Origin: an uncultured Eubacteriales bacterium
GTDB taxonomy: Bacteria > Bacillota > Clostridia > Christensenellales > Borkfalkiaceae
Direction of reading: 5' to 3'
Assembly: GCA_905210545.1 (NCBI GenBank)
Contig: CAJLXC010000001.1
Coordinates: 1 to 51,371 of the forward strand
DNA: 51,371 bases
The notes under the pieces were generated by a model. It searched no databases, had not been told where the DNA came from, and was given only the letters and a program-made list of their open reading frames with translations. How positions within the stretch are numbered: the first letter of the stretch is position 1; each line of letters opens with the position of its first letter. Shown piece after piece: positions 10,771 through 20,919 of this stretch. A program made the translations under genes and the position numbers.

Positions 10771-11174
10771 AAATTGAGAAAGTTTTTTAAAGTCGCAATC
10801 CCCGAAGTCAACGAAAATGGACAAAATTGTTGCGTAAATGAAAAAAGAGCCAAACTCAATAGCGAGTCTGACTCTTGGTATTATCAAAGTTTTCAGCGAC
10901 AATTTTTCCCGTTTACTTCGGCTTTTAACTGTGCTACAACGGGGTGGCGAAAGGCAAAAAACCGGAGCGGTATCTTTATTGTTATGTCTTTTGAAAAAAC
11001 TGTTATACGGTCTTTCATAGCAAGCATCTGTTTTTAAGCATAGAAAAAGCCGAGCGATTAAACGCCCGGCTGATTCTTCTTTTTGCCGTTCAAATCGACT
11101 TTTATGCCGAAATTTTCGTTAGAAAAGAACAATACGAACTCTAACTTATCGTCAGGGTTCGTATTATTCCCTAA

Positions 11175-11267
11175 TGGCGGAGAAAGAGGGATTTGAACCC
11201 TCGCTACGGTTTAAGCCATACTACTCCCTTAGCAGGGGAGCCCCTTGAGCCACTTGGGTATTTCTCC
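11175..11267 (-). tRNA. tRNA-Ser (anticodon GCU)
   Basis: 93 nt with a perfect GGAGAAA/TTTCTCC acceptor, anticodon loop CTGCTAA, a long variable arm, T-arm GAGGG-TTCAAAT-CCCTC and encoded CCA. Confidence 0.9.
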
Positions 11268-11478
11268 TTACCGTTACTGTATAAAGCACACGCACAAGAC
11301 GTTTCACGTATATGCTATGTTATCATAATTTATTTATTTTGTCAAAGTATTTTGATAAATTTATTAAAATTAAAACGAAATAATTTAAAATGCAAAAAGA
11401 ATAAAAACTCCCGCAATAATTTTGCGTTTTATCGGACGGCAAGCTTATTTATAACTTTTAATAAAGCATTATGCGGCT

Positions 11479-12369
11479 TTATTGCGGTTCTTTTACAATG
11501 TCCGTATTTTCACGTGTTCGAGTTCCTTCTATAAGGACTGTTTTTACCGCATTATATTTATCTACACGTATAAGTTTTGACGATACCGGCTTTCCGTTTA
11601 GCGTTTTTATCAGCAGACCTTCGCTTTTATAACCGTTCCTCCCGTAAGAAAGAACTTTCCTTTCCCCTTCGAACAACTCGGGATAATCTCCTTTTTCGTC
11701 TTTTACCACTTCATAAACGGTTGAGGGGATTTCTTCGGTAATTCGGCTTTGACGAACGTATTTCTCGGTCATGGGTTCGCCGAATATGCATACCCTTATA
11801 ACGGCATCATCGGCAAAAACGCGAACGACAACGGGGTTGTGAGTGTCATTACAAAACTTCAGATCCGCGCTCCCGGAATTGACCATAGCGTCAAACGACG
11901 GCGCAACGTAAGAAACGGGCAGGCTGTGCGGATGATATTCCGTAACCGTAAGCCCCGCTAATAATACGGCGTTATATAAAGTAGTAGAAACCTGACACAC
12001 GCCGCCGCCCACTCCGTCCGTAAATTTTCCGCCGACAATGATTTTGGCTTTTTTATATCCTCTTTTTTCCGTTCTTTCGCCGACGGTAAAATTAAAAGAA
12101 AATTCCCCGCCGACATCCACAAACGTTTTGTCAAGCGCGGCGGCGGCGGTTTTTATGTTGTGCTTGCGCTCCACAGAAGACGTGGGATAAGACGTAAAAA
12201 ATTCCGACCTTATGCATAGTTCTGCAGGTTGCAAATCGTAAAACGGCATTGCTCCCGACGCCATAACCGATACCGAAGCTGTGGCAGTCAAGAACACAAC
12301 AAATAAAATAAGACTTATTAAAATCGATTTTACCGATAATTTTTTAAGAAACAAGCGATTGAAAAACAT
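11479..12369 (-). CDS. VanW-family protein
   Basis: 296 aa with an N-terminal TM/signal segment and VanW core motifs (GGEFSFNFTVGERT..., GVGGGVCQVSTTLYNAVLLAGL, EYHPHS). Confidence 0.85.
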   Translation of the reverse strand: MFFNRLFLKKLSVKSILISLILFVVFLTATASVSVMASGAMPFYDLQPAELCIRSEFFTSYPTSSVERKHNIKTAAAALDKTFVDVGGEFSFNFTVGERTEKRGYKKAKIIVGGKFTDGVGGGVCQVSTTLYNAVLLAGLTVTEYHPHSLPVSYVAPSFDAMVNSGSADLKFCNDTHNPVVVRVFADDAVIRVCIFGEPMTEKYVRQSRITEEIPSTVYEVVKDEKGDYPELFEGERKVLSYGRNGYKSEGLLIKTLNGKPVSSKLIRVDKYNAVKTVLIEGTRTRENTDIVKEPQ

Positions 12370-12437
12370 TTATAAAACGAGTATGCGTAAAAACCCGCTC
12401 TTTAATACCGACCGCCGATTTAAATAGTAAAAAATGC

Positions 12438-12466
12438 TTGCCAAACCCGTTATAATGTGGTAAAAT
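12438..12466 (+). promoter_or_regulatory. Sigma-A promoter for tRNA-Val
   Basis: TTGCCA, a 17-nt spacer, then TAAAAT, ending 12 nt before the tRNA 5' end. Confidence 0.6.
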
Positions 12467-12478
12467 ATTTGTTGCAAT

Positions 12479-12555
12479 GGAGACGTAGCTCAGTTGGTTA
12501 GAGCGCTCGCTTCACATGCGAGAGGTCTAGGGTTCAAGTCCCTACGCCTCTACCA
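12479..12555 (+). tRNA. tRNA-Val (anticodon CAC)
   Basis: 77-nt cloverleaf with D-arm GCTC-AGTTGGTTA-GAGC, anticodon loop TTCACAT, T-arm TAGGG-TTCAAGT-CCCTA and encoded CCA. The acceptor has one A-C mismatch and one G-U pair. Confidence 0.8.
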
Positions 12556-12557
12556 TT

Positions 12558-12647
12558 CCGGCTGAAAACGAAGCGTTTTCAGCCGTTTTTTATGTCTTTT
12601 GACCACTCGAAAGGCTCTGCAAAGGGGTTTTTGCCCACTTTGCGGGG
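12558..12647 (+). repeat. Copy 2 of the hairpin-plus-tail repeat (includes the tRNA-Val terminator)
   Basis: CCGGCTGAAAACGAAGCGTTTTCAGCCG-T6-ATGTCTTTTGACCACTCGAAAGGCTCTGCAAAGG..TTTTGCCCACTTTGCGGGG. This is the inverted homologue of 192-283, and its hairpin carries a compensatory A:T to G:C change. Confidence 0.85.
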
Positions 12648-12700
12648 TAATTTTTTTTAAAATAATTATTTCCGGCTAACTTTTTGGGCAGTAAATTGTT

Positions 12701-12721
12701 TGGAGCTGGTGAGCGGACTTG
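12701..12721 (-). repeat. 21-nt direct duplicate of the tRNA-Thr 3' end (att-like scar)
   Basis: TGGAGCTGGTGAGCGGACTTG is identical at 12701-12721 and 12871-12891, covering the T-loop to CCA portion of tRNA-Thr. Confidence 0.85.
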
Positions 12722-12870
12722 CTTCTCTCGAGACTCCCGCAAAACAGTCCACAGGACTGTTTTTTCGCCTTTCGGCGAACACGCAAACTTCGTTTGCTCG
12801 CTCCTAATTCAAGTCCGCTACTTTTCACTAAAAAACAACGCGGAACGCAAAAGCGTTCCGCGTTGTTTTA

Positions 12871-12946
12871 TGGAGCTGGTGAGCGGACTTGAACCGCTGA
12901 CCTGCTGATTACGAATCAGCTGCTCTACCGACTGAGCCACACCAGC
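12871..12946 (-). tRNA. tRNA-Thr (anticodon CGU)
   Basis: 76 nt with a perfect GCTGGTG/CACCAGC acceptor, anticodon loop TTCGTAA, T-arm AGCGG-TTCAAGT-CCGCT and encoded CCA. A hairpin terminator at 12838-12866 follows on the minus strand. Confidence 0.9.
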
Positions 12947-13000
12947 ATTGCGACGCTTTTTAACGCGTCGCGTTATCGCTATTTTTCGGATAGCCTTAAC

Positions 13001-13029
13001 ATATTATCACAATTTTGAAAAAATATCAA
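13001..13029 (-). promoter_or_regulatory. Sigma-A promoter for tRNA-Thr
   Basis: On the minus strand: TTGATA, a 17-nt spacer, then TAATAT, about 55 nt upstream of the tRNA. Confidence 0.5.
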
Positions 13030-13068
13030 CGATTTTTACCGTTTGCTAAAAACTTTTTTGCTTTTTAT

Positions 13069-13902
13069 TTAATACTCGCCTTCTTCTATGCAAAAACCGC
13101 GGTTTTTAAGCCAGACCAAAGCTAATTTTACCCAAATCTGAACGGGTTCGTTTACGGTAAACACTTCTTCGTCGGCAAGCGACAAGCCGTGCTGTCCTTC
13201 TGCAAAAACGTGTAATTCAAACGGAACGTTGTGTTTTTTGCACGCGAGCGCGTAATACAAGCTGTTTTCGGACGGAACGCAGTCGTCGTTTGCCGTTGTC
13301 CAGATAAACGCGGGCGAAGAGTTCTCTTTTACACTGTTTTCAAGCGACAGGCTTTTTTCAAGCTCTGCGTTACCGGCGCAGATATTATCGAAGCTGCCCC
13401 TATGCACCTTTACTCCGGAAGAAATGACGGGATAAGAAAGAATAACCGCGTCCGGTCTTGCGAGCGAAATTTTATCGCCCAAAAGTTTTTTTGCGTCTTC
13501 CGAATCGAAAAGATTTGCAAGCATAGCGCAAAGATGTCCTCCCGCGGAAAAGCCTATCGCGGCAACGCGGTCGGCGATTACGCCGAGCTTTGCGGCGTTT
13601 TCTCTGATATAAACCATCGCCATAAGCCCTTCGTTAAGCTGCGCGGGATAAGCGACGGGCGCGCAGGAATATTCCAGCACGAACGTATTGTAGCTCTCTG
13701 CGAGAAACTTAAAAGCAACAGGCTCTTTTTCTCTCTGCGAAACGTAAGAATACCCGCCGCCGCCGATAACGAGCATAGCGGGGCGCAGACGGTTGGGGCG
13801 GCGTTCCGTAGGTCCGTGAACGTAAGTCACGAGATAACCGCAGCCGTTCTGCGGGCGTTTCAATCCGAAATATTCGTATAAATCCACTTTTTCGGTAATC
13901 AT
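13069..13902 (-). CDS. Alpha/beta-hydrolase fold esterase/lipase
   Basis: Nucleophile elbow GFSAGGH, an oxyanion-type VIGGGGY segment and a distal HG motif. ORF trimmed to ATG 13900-13902, 8 nt after GGAG. Confidence 0.8.
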   Translation of the reverse strand: MITEKVDLYEYFGLKRPQNGCGYLVTYVHGPTERRPNRLRPAMLVIGGGGYSYVSQREKEPVAFKFLAESYNTFVLEYSCAPVAYPAQLNEGLMAMVYIRENAAKLGVIADRVAAIGFSAGGHLCAMLANLFDSEDAKKLLGDKISLARPDAVILSYPVISSGVKVHRGSFDNICAGNAELEKSLSLENSVKENSSPAFIWTTANDDCVPSENSLYYALACKKHNVPFELHVFAEGQHGLSLADEEVFTVNEPVQIWVKLALVWLKNRGFCIEEGEY

Positions 13903-14017
13903 ATATTTTCTCCGAGACTTCATTCAAGCTTTTATCATTTTAACACACGAGGAAAAAAATTACAACGGTTTAGCTTATTTTATTGAAAAAAAGGAAAAAA
14001 TCGGTTATACTTTATTT

Positions 14018-14692
14018 ATGGGTTATCATATCGACACGGGACTTATCAAAGACAAGTTCAAAGAAGACACGGAATGTCCGTTATGCAAAATAAGAAAGGT
14101 TGCCGAAAAGCAGTTTTTGCACGAGTTTTTAAACGACGCGGTTATGGCGGACGATTGCAGAATAGAAGTGCGTAAAAAGGGATTTTGCGCGGAACACTTC
14201 GGCAAACTGTTCGCGGGGCAGAATAAGCTTTCCGTAGCGTTGCAGACGGAAACCCGCGCGGAAGCGGTGAGCGATCTCTTTTCCCCCGTAAAATCCGCGG
14301 GGCAAGCAAAAAAACGCGCCAAAGAGATAGAAAATTCGCTTTCGCATTGCGTTATCTGCGACCTTTTGGAAGAAAGCATGATAAAATACTACAAAACGGT
14401 GGCTCAGCTTTTCGCACGCGAAAAAGAGTTTTTCAAGACCTTACATTCTTCGCGCGGGTTCTGCTTTCATCATTACGCGGAACTCCTGAAATATTCCGCT
14501 TCTGCGGGCTTTATGACAAAAGAATACCTTAAAGTATTGTCCGACGTACAGTCGCGCAACTTTAAAAGGCTTTCCGACGAGCTTAAAGCGTTCTGCGTTA
14601 AGCACGATTACAGAAACGCGAACGAGCCGCTCGGCAATGCTGAAACCGCTCTGCCGAGAGCGGGAGAAAAATTTTACGGCAAAAAAGACTGA
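14018..14692 (+). CDS. Cys-rich protein with internal duplication, function unknown (DUF6062-like from memory)
   Basis: Two homologous halves each carry CxxC ... GFCxxH(F/Y): CPLC...GFCAEHF and CVIC...GFCFHHY. Confidence 0.6.
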   Translation: MGYHIDTGLIKDKFKEDTECPLCKIRKVAEKQFLHEFLNDAVMADDCRIEVRKKGFCAEHFGKLFAGQNKLSVALQTETRAEAVSDLFSPVKSAGQAKKRAKEIENSLSHCVICDLLEESMIKYYKTVAQLFAREKEFFKTLHSSRGFCFHHYAELLKYSASAGFMTKEYLKVLSDVQSRNFKRLSDELKAFCVKHDYRNANEPLGNAETALPRAGEKFYGKKD

Positions 14693-14772
14693 TATTTAAG
14701 CCGTTTTCCGCAACATAACGGCAATATCATAGAGATACGGCATTTTAAAAATATCCGAAAAGGCGGCAAAGC

Positions 14773-15357
14773 TCAGAGCTTTGCCGCCTTTTCTATTGCG
14801 GAAAAAATTTCCTGTTTGCCTGCCCCCGTTTCTGCGGAAGAAGCTATTATATCGCCTGTTCCCACTTTTAACGCGGCGGCGATTTTGTTCAGCTGCGGTT
14901 TAACGTTCGCGCGGGAAAGCTTGTCCGCTTTCGTCGCGACGAGAATAAACGGCAACGCGTAATGATAAAGATAGCCGACCATAGCCATATCGTCCGCGGT
15001 GGGCAGATGTCTTATATCCACAAGCGAAACCACGAGCGCAAGCTTCTGCGTGGCGAAAAACTCGTCCATAAGCCTGCCCCATCTCTCTTTTTCTTCCTTG
15101 CTGACCTTTGCGTACCCGTACCCCGGTAGATCCGCGAGGACGAATTCGTCGAAGTCGAAATAATTTATAAGTCGGGTTCTGCCCGGCGTGTCGGATGTTT
15201 TTGCGAGCTTTTTATTCGAGCCGAGCATATTGATAAGCGAAGACTTGCCCACGTTTGACTTTCCCGATATTGCGACTATCGGTTTATCGGTAACGTAAAA
15301 CCTGTCCGCGCTGTTCACGCTGGTTATGAATTTCGCGGTAAAAGGCTTCATTCTCAC
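14773..15357 (-). CDS. engB: Ribosome-biogenesis GTPase EngB/YsxC
   Basis: 194 aa with G1 GKSNVGKSSLIN, DLPGYGY and the TKADK G4 motif. Conserved lon-engB synteny. Confidence 0.92.
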   Translation of the reverse strand: MRMKPFTAKFITSVNSADRFYVTDKPIVAISGKSNVGKSSLINMLGSNKKLAKTSDTPGRTRLINYFDFDEFVLADLPGYGYAKVSKEEKERWGRLMDEFFATQKLALVVSLVDIRHLPTADDMAMVGYLYHYALPFILVATKADKLSRANVKPQLNKIAAALKVGTGDIIASSAETGAGKQEIFSAIEKAAKL

Positions 15358-17726
15358 ACCCCCGCTTTTTCTGCGAGCGCGACTTTAAATACCTCGTCCG
15401 CGCGTTCCGCCGTAACGAATTCTATATCGTTTTTCACTTCTTTGGGTATATCCGCAATATCTTTTTCGTTGGCTTTGGGGATAATCACGCGGCGGATACC
15501 TGCGCGATAAGCCGCAAGAGCTTTTTCTTTAAGACCGCCTATGGCGAGAACTCTGCCGCGCAACGTTATTTCGCCCGTCATGGCGACGCTTTTTTTAACG
15601 GGTATGCCCGTAAACGCCGAAAGTATCGCCGTAGCCATGGTAATACCCGCGGACGGTCCGTCTTTGGGCGTCGCGCCTTCGGGAACGTGGATATGAATAT
15701 CGTTCTTTTCAAACGCTTCTTCGTCCACTCCGAATTTATGCGCGTTGGCTCTTATATAGCTTATAGCCGCCCTTGCGGATTCTTTCATAACGTCGCCGAG
15801 CTTGCCGGTAAGGATTATTTCGCCCTTGCCGCGCATAAGACCGACTTCTATCGTGAGCGTAACGCCGCCCACGCTCGTCCAGGCAAGCCCCGTAGCCGCG
15901 CCGATTTCGTCTTTGTCGAGCGCGCCGTCTTTAAGATATTTTTTTACGCCGAGATACCCCGCGACATCTTCTTTTTTAACCGTAGCGGGGGGCGTATCGG
16001 GGTTTTCCGCGTTCTCCGCGGCAATCTTTCTTATAACCGCCGCAAGCTCGCGCTCTAAATTACGCACTCCCGCTTCCATCGTGTAGCCTTCTATAATTTC
16101 CGTAACGGCTTCGTCCGTAAAAGAAACCCGTTCGGGCGTAAGACCGTTGGCTTCCGTCTGTTTGGGGATAAGATACCTTTTTGCGATTTCCCGCTTTTCT
16201 TCGTCCGTATAACCGTTGATTTCTATAATTTCCATACGGTCGAGAAGCGGATACGGAATGGTATCCAAAGAGTTGGCGGTGGTAATGAACATCACCTTGG
16301 AAAGGTCGAACGGGACTTCTAAAAATCTGTCGCGGAAGGTCGCGTTCTGTTCGGGATCGAGAACTTCTAACAGCGCGCTTGCGGGATCGCCGTGAATATC
16401 CGAAGACAGCTTGTCTATTTCGTCAAGCAGAAAGACGGGGTTTTTGCTTTTTGCGGTTTTAAGCCCGTTTATGATTCTGCCGGGCATCGCGCCGACGTAA
16501 GTCTTTCTGTGTCCGCGGATTTCCGCTTCGTCTTTAAGTCCGCCGAGGCTCATTCTCACGAACTTTCTGCCGAGAGCGCGCGCTATGGACGACGCGACCG
16601 AGGTTTTGCCCACGCCCGGAGGACCTACGAAACAAAGTATCGGACCTTTAAGCGCGCCCGTGAGCTTTAACACCGCAAGATATTCTACGATTCTTTCTTT
16701 CACCTTTTCCAGCCCGAAATGATCCTTATCGAGTATTTCTTTGGCTTTTTTCAGGTCGAAAGTATCTTTCGTCCCTTCGTTATAAGGCAGAGAGAGAATC
16801 CAGTCGAGATAATTCAGTATTATAGAATAATCAGGCGAGGAGGGATTGATTTTATCAAGCCGCTTCGCTTCGGACAACGCCTTTTCTTCCACTTCCTGCG
16901 GGAGCTTTGCGTCTTTGATTTTCTTTATCAGCTCGTCTTCGTCGTCCGCGTCGCCCAGCTCGTCGTGAATGGCGCGAAGCTGTTCTCTTAAATAAAACTC
17001 TTTCTGACTTTTATCTATGCTCGCGCGAACCTTGGTGGTAATCTTTTTTTCGAGCTTGGCAATTTCAAGCTCGTCCGAAAAGAGTTTTTCAAACGCTTTT
17101 AATCTTTCTTCCGTGCGGTCTTCGTCTAAAATCGCCTGTGCGGAGGCTTCCTTTATCGCCGTGACCGAAAGCGCGTTATCCATGAACGCGTCGGGCGAAT
17201 CTATGCCCGTGATGGTGGTTATCATCTCTTTGGTTATGCGTTTGTCGAACAGCGCGTATTCGTAAAACACGGTTTTGGCTATTCTGAAATGCGCTTCGGT
17301 AAGCGCGGGGTCTTCGCACGGGATATAAGGCGATTCTTCTACCGCCGCGGAAAAATAGCCTTTCGTCGCGACGAACTGCTTTATTTTGGCGCGAACCATC
17401 GCCTGAACGCTGAGCTTAACGGTGTTGTTGGGCAGCTTTACTATCTGCTTTATTCTTGCGATTACGCCCGTTTTGTAAATATCCTTTTTAGAAGGTCTGT
17501 CTATAAACGCGTTTTTTTGCGCGGCTATAAAAATTTCGCTGTTTTCTTCTGTCGCGGCTTCTATCGCCGCAACGGAAGAAGGTCTGCCCGCGTCGAAGCT
17601 TAAAAACGTATCGGGAAACAGCACCTTTCCGCGAAGCGGCACTACGGGCAGGATTTTTTCCGTAACCGTTTCCGTTCCCGCGGTTTCTTCGTTTATGTTT
17701 TCGTTTATTGCGTTTTCGTTTTCCAT
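15354..17726 (-). CDS. lon: ATP-dependent Lon protease
   Basis: 790 aa with the LON N-domain, AAA+ Walker [10 protein letters not shown] and the protease active-site motif PKDGPSAG. Confidence 0.97.
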   Translation of the reverse strand: MENENAINENINEETAGTETVTEKILPVVPLRGKVLFPDTFLSFDAGRPSSVAAIEAATEENSEIFIAAQKNAFIDRPSKKDIYKTGVIARIKQIVKLPNNTVKLSVQAMVRAKIKQFVATKGYFSAAVEESPYIPCEDPALTEAHFRIAKTVFYEYALFDKRITKEMITTITGIDSPDAFMDNALSVTAIKEASAQAILDEDRTEERLKAFEKLFSDELEIAKLEKKITTKVRASIDKSQKEFYLREQLRAIHDELGDADDEDELIKKIKDAKLPQEVEEKALSEAKRLDKINPSSPDYSIILNYLDWILSLPYNEGTKDTFDLKKAKEILDKDHFGLEKVKERIVEYLAVLKLTGALKGPILCFVGPPGVGKTSVASSIARALGRKFVRMSLGGLKDEAEIRGHRKTYVGAMPGRIINGLKTAKSKNPVFLLDEIDKLSSDIHGDPASALLEVLDPEQNATFRDRFLEVPFDLSKVMFITTANSLDTIPYPLLDRMEIIEINGYTDEEKREIAKRYLIPKQTEANGLTPERVSFTDEAVTEIIEGYTMEAGVRNLERELAAVIRKIAAENAENPDTPPATVKKEDVAGYLGVKKYLKDGALDKDEIGAATGLAWTSVGGVTLTIEVGLMRGKGEIILTGKLGDVMKESARAAISYIRANAHKFGVDEEAFEKNDIHIHVPEGATPKDGPSAGITMATAILSAFTGIPVKKSVAMTGEITLRGRVLAIGGLKEKALAAYRAGIRRVIIPKANEKDIADIPKEVKNDIEFVTAERADEVFKVALAEKAGV

Positions 17727-17750
17727 ATTATCTCCGGTATATTAGTATGT

Positions 17751-18557
17751 TCAATCAAGACAATATTTTTCAAGTAAGTATTTAACGGGCTTGTCTTTAT
17801 ACGGCACCGTTATTTCGTCCGCGACTTTTTTAAGCTCTTCCGCCGCGTCGCCCGTAGCCACGCCGAACCATTCGCCGCCGACGAGTTTTACGTCGTTCGT
17901 GGAATCTCCCGCGGTAATCACTTCGTCTAAAGAAATCCCGTAATATTCCGCCACGCGCCTTACCGCCGCGCCCTTGTCGCATTCGGGCGAAACGAATTCC
18001 GCCAGAGCCTTATCCCCGTTGTTCACGATAAGCTTGTCTTTAAGCATCGCGGAATACTTTGCCGTAAGTTCTTTTATCTTCTGCGGGTTTGCGAGAATAG
18101 TGATTTTTGCGACGGGCAACTTGTTTTCGGTAATTTCCTTTACCATATCGGTTACCTGCCTGCCGTGAACGCCCGTCACCTTTTCGTAAGTATCTATAAA
18201 CTCCGAACGCCGTTCGTACACGCGCGTTTCGCCTATGTCTACGGCGACGTCCGCGTCTTCTTTTTTGAGCATAGCGGTAACCTCCGCCGCGAGCTTGTAA
18301 TCCATTCCGCCGGAAAATATTCTTCTCCCCGACGACAGATCGTCTATCATCGCGCCCTGATAAGACACGACGAGGCATTTAAGATCGTAGCCGAGCAGAA
18401 TGTTTTTAATCGAATCGAACATTCTACCCGTGCAGACGACGAATTTGCCGCCTTGCGCGATAAATTCGTTTACCGCCGCGAGCGTATCGGATTCTATAAC
18501 GGAACGATAGCCGAGCGTTCCGTCGTAATCTGTGATAAAAAGTTTATACTTCTTCAT
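17751..18557 (-). CDS. Cof-type HAD-IIB family hydrolase
   Basis: 268 aa with the DYDGTL nucleophile motif at the N-terminus and GDSTND near the C-terminus. Confidence 0.85.
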   Translation of the reverse strand: MKKYKLFITDYDGTLGYRSVIESDTLAAVNEFIAQGGKFVVCTGRMFDSIKNILLGYDLKCLVVSYQGAMIDDLSSGRRIFSGGMDYKLAAEVTAMLKKEDADVAVDIGETRVYERRSEFIDTYEKVTGVHGRQVTDMVKEITENKLPVAKITILANPQKIKELTAKYSAMLKDKLIVNNGDKALAEFVSPECDKGAAVRRVAEYYGISLDEVITAGDSTNDVKLVGGEWFGVATGDAAEELKKVADEITVPYKDKPVKYLLEKYCLD

Positions 18558-20397
18558 ATTTAACGAGTCCTTCTTCCGTAAGCTTGTTTATAATCGCGCA
18601 CGCTTCCTTTTCGCCTATTCCGTTCACTGTTTTAAGCGTTTCTTTATCGGCGGCTATAATCCCGCCGAGGTCTTTGAATCTTTCGAGCAGAGCGGTTTTT
18701 TTGACCTTTCCTAACCCTTTTACTCCGTCGAGAACGGAAGAAAGCGACCTTTTGCCGTGCAGGGTGCGGAAATAAGTTATGGCGAATCTGTGCGCCTCGT
18801 CGCGAATCCTTTGCAGCATTTTAAGGCAATAGTCGCGTTTAGAAAGCACGACCGGCTCCGGCTTATCCGGCAAAAAGATTTCTTCTTCTCTCTTGGCGAG
18901 AGAAATAAGGTCTATATTTTTTACGCCCTTTTCGTCGAATATCTCTTTGACGGAAGACAGCTGACCTTTTCCGCCGTCTATGATGATAAGGTCGGGTTCG
19001 GGGAATTTTTCGTCTTTTTCGGCAAGCTTGTCGAGTCTTCTCGACAGCACTTCTTTAAGACTTCTGAAATCGTCTGCCCCCTCGAACGATTTTATTCTGA
19101 ATCGTCTGTATTCCGAAGCGGCTTTTTCGCCGTTTATGAACACGACCATGCTTCCCACTTTATCCACGCCCGAAATGTTGGAAATATCGTAGCATTCCAT
19201 TCTTTTGGGAAAGTTTTTGAGAGAAAGCTTTTCTTTCAGCGATTCGCACGCCTTAACGGTCATATCGTTTTTATGAATAATTCTGTCAACCGCGGTGGTA
19301 AGATGCTCTTCCGCATTGACGCCCGCCATATCCGCGAGCTGTTTTCGCACGCCCTGCTTAGCGACGGTTACGGTAAGACTTTTTCCGTATTCGTTCTTAA
19401 AAAAGGCTTCGAGAACGTCCGCGTCGGGCATTTCTTCGCCCACGATTATCTCGTCCGGAATATCCGAGCCGTCTTTATAAAACCGCCTTATAAACTCGGA
19501 CAGCGTATCCCCCGCGGACAACGCCGCGCTTTCAAACGAAAAATTCCTGCCGCCGGACATTATTCCCCTGCGGACGATAAGCATATTCACCGCGCAATAG
19601 ATACCGTTGTCTTTGCAGGCGAGAACGTCCGCATTGAGAAATTTATTGAGCGACGTTACGCGTTTAAGCTTGATTTTATCGAGAGAAGCGAGCATTTCTC
19701 TGCATTTTAAAGCGGCTTCGAATTCTTCTTTTTCGGCGGCTTCGGACATTTTTGCTTTAAGAAGTTTCTCCGTTTCCGCAACGTCTCCGGATAAAAATTC
19801 TATCGCTTCCGCCACGCGGGCAGCGTATTCTTCCTTCGATATAAAACCCGCGCAAGGCGCGTAACATTTTTTAAGCTGATAATTAAGGCACGGCTTTACG
19901 GGCTTTGACTCGTTAATTTTTTTATCGCACGGGCGAACCTTATAAACGAGATTGATAAGCTCCAGAACGCCGTTCACGCTGACGCCGCCCATAAACGGAC
20001 CGAAGTATTTCGCGCCGTCTTTTTTTATTCTGCGGGTTATCGAGAACGCGGGAAACGTTTCTTTAAGATTGACTTTTAAATACGGATAGGTTTTATCGTC
20101 TTTTAAGAGAATGTTGTATCTCGGCTTATGTTTTTTTATGAGATTGTTTTCTAAGGACAGCGCGTCTATCTCGCTGGGGGCGATTATATAGTAAAAGTCC
20201 GCGACGTTTTTAACCATCGCCATAACCTTTTCCGTTTTGACGCCGTTAAAAAAATACTGCCGCACCCTGTTTTTAAGGTTTTTCGCCTTGCCCACGTAAA
20301 TAATCTGCCCGTCTTTGTCGAGCATAACGTAAACGCCGGGATTCGTCGGCAGAAGCTTTAACTTGTCATCTAAAACGCCCATAGCGTTATTATACAT
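18544..20397 (-). CDS. uvrC: Excinuclease ABC subunit C
   Basis: 617 aa with the GIY-YIG N-terminus (PGVYVMLDKDGQIIYVGKAKNLKNR), the UvrBC-interaction region, an endonuclease V-like domain and a C-terminal (HhH)2. Exact start among the first 6 codons is uncertain. Confidence 0.95.
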   Translation of the reverse strand: MYNNAMGVLDDKLKLLPTNPGVYVMLDKDGQIIYVGKAKNLKNRVRQYFFNGVKTEKVMAMVKNVADFYYIIAPSEIDALSLENNLIKKHKPRYNILLKDDKTYPYLKVNLKETFPAFSITRRIKKDGAKYFGPFMGGVSVNGVLELINLVYKVRPCDKKINESKPVKPCLNYQLKKCYAPCAGFISKEEYAARVAEAIEFLSGDVAETEKLLKAKMSEAAEKEEFEAALKCREMLASLDKIKLKRVTSLNKFLNADVLACKDNGIYCAVNMLIVRRGIMSGGRNFSFESAALSAGDTLSEFIRRFYKDGSDIPDEIIVGEEMPDADVLEAFFKNEYGKSLTVTVAKQGVRKQLADMAGVNAEEHLTTAVDRIIHKNDMTVKACESLKEKLSLKNFPKRMECYDISNISGVDKVGSMVVFINGEKAASEYRRFRIKSFEGADDFRSLKEVLSRRLDKLAEKDEKFPEPDLIIIDGGKGQLSSVKEIFDEKGVKNIDLISLAKREEEIFLPDKPEPVVLSKRDYCLKMLQRIRDEAHRFAITYFRTLHGKRSLSSVLDGVKGLGKVKKTALLERFKDLGGIIAADKETLKTVNGIGEKEACAIINKLTEEGLVKYEEV

Positions 20398-20459
20398 TAT
20401 TTTTTTTTATTTATCAATCAAAAACGCGACAAAGGTTTTAATCCCCGCGGGAAGGGCTA

Positions 20460-20792
20460 TTAGTAACCGAGAAATTCCACGCCCTTTAACAATATGTCGG
20501 ACAGAGAATCGTTGCGAAGAGAATAAAACACGACCTTGCCCTGACGTTTGGTTTTTACGGCGTTGAGGTCTTTAAGAAGCCGCAGCTGATGCGAAACGGT
20601 GGTCTGGTTGAGCTTTAACAGCGAAGCTATATCCGAAACGCACATTTCGGATATAGACAGCGCGGAAATAAGTCTTAATCTCGTATAATCCGAAAATATC
20701 GAAAAAAAGCACACGAGATCGTCTAAAATTTCGCCCTGCGGCACGTAATCTTCCACAAGATCCTGCAATCTTTTATCGAGCAACACTTTCAT
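20460..20792 (-). CDS. ArsR/SmtB-family transcriptional regulator
   Basis: 110 aa, wHTH with the RLRLISAL...EMCVSDIASLL...TVSHQLRLLK pattern. Confidence 0.9.
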   Translation of the reverse strand: MKVLLDKRLQDLVEDYVPQGEILDDLVCFFSIFSDYTRLRLISALSISEMCVSDIASLLKLNQTTVSHQLRLLKDLNAVKTKRQGKVVFYSLRNDSLSDILLKGVEFLGY

Positions 20793-20919
20793 TTTTTCTT
20801 TTCTCCCGTCATATAATGAATATATGTATATATATTATCATTAAAAGAGCGGGCGAATCGCGTAAAACAATCGCGTTTTCGGTCGAATAATAAATTATTT
20901 CGTAAAAAAGGAGGCATTT

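Noticed and set aside
10774-11037. An 87-aa + strand ORF, and the 13-nt match TTATGTCTTTTGA (about 10983) to the 90-nt repeat family, in the lysR-tRNA-Ser spacer.
   Set aside because: The ORF starts at a non-ATG codon without an RBS and has no family pattern. The 13-nt match lacks the hairpin and the rest of the repeat, and could be chance.
12684-12908. A 74-aa + strand ORF.
   Set aside because: It spans the tRNA-Thr 3' duplicate, two hairpins and the antisense of tRNA-Thr itself, so it is not coding.
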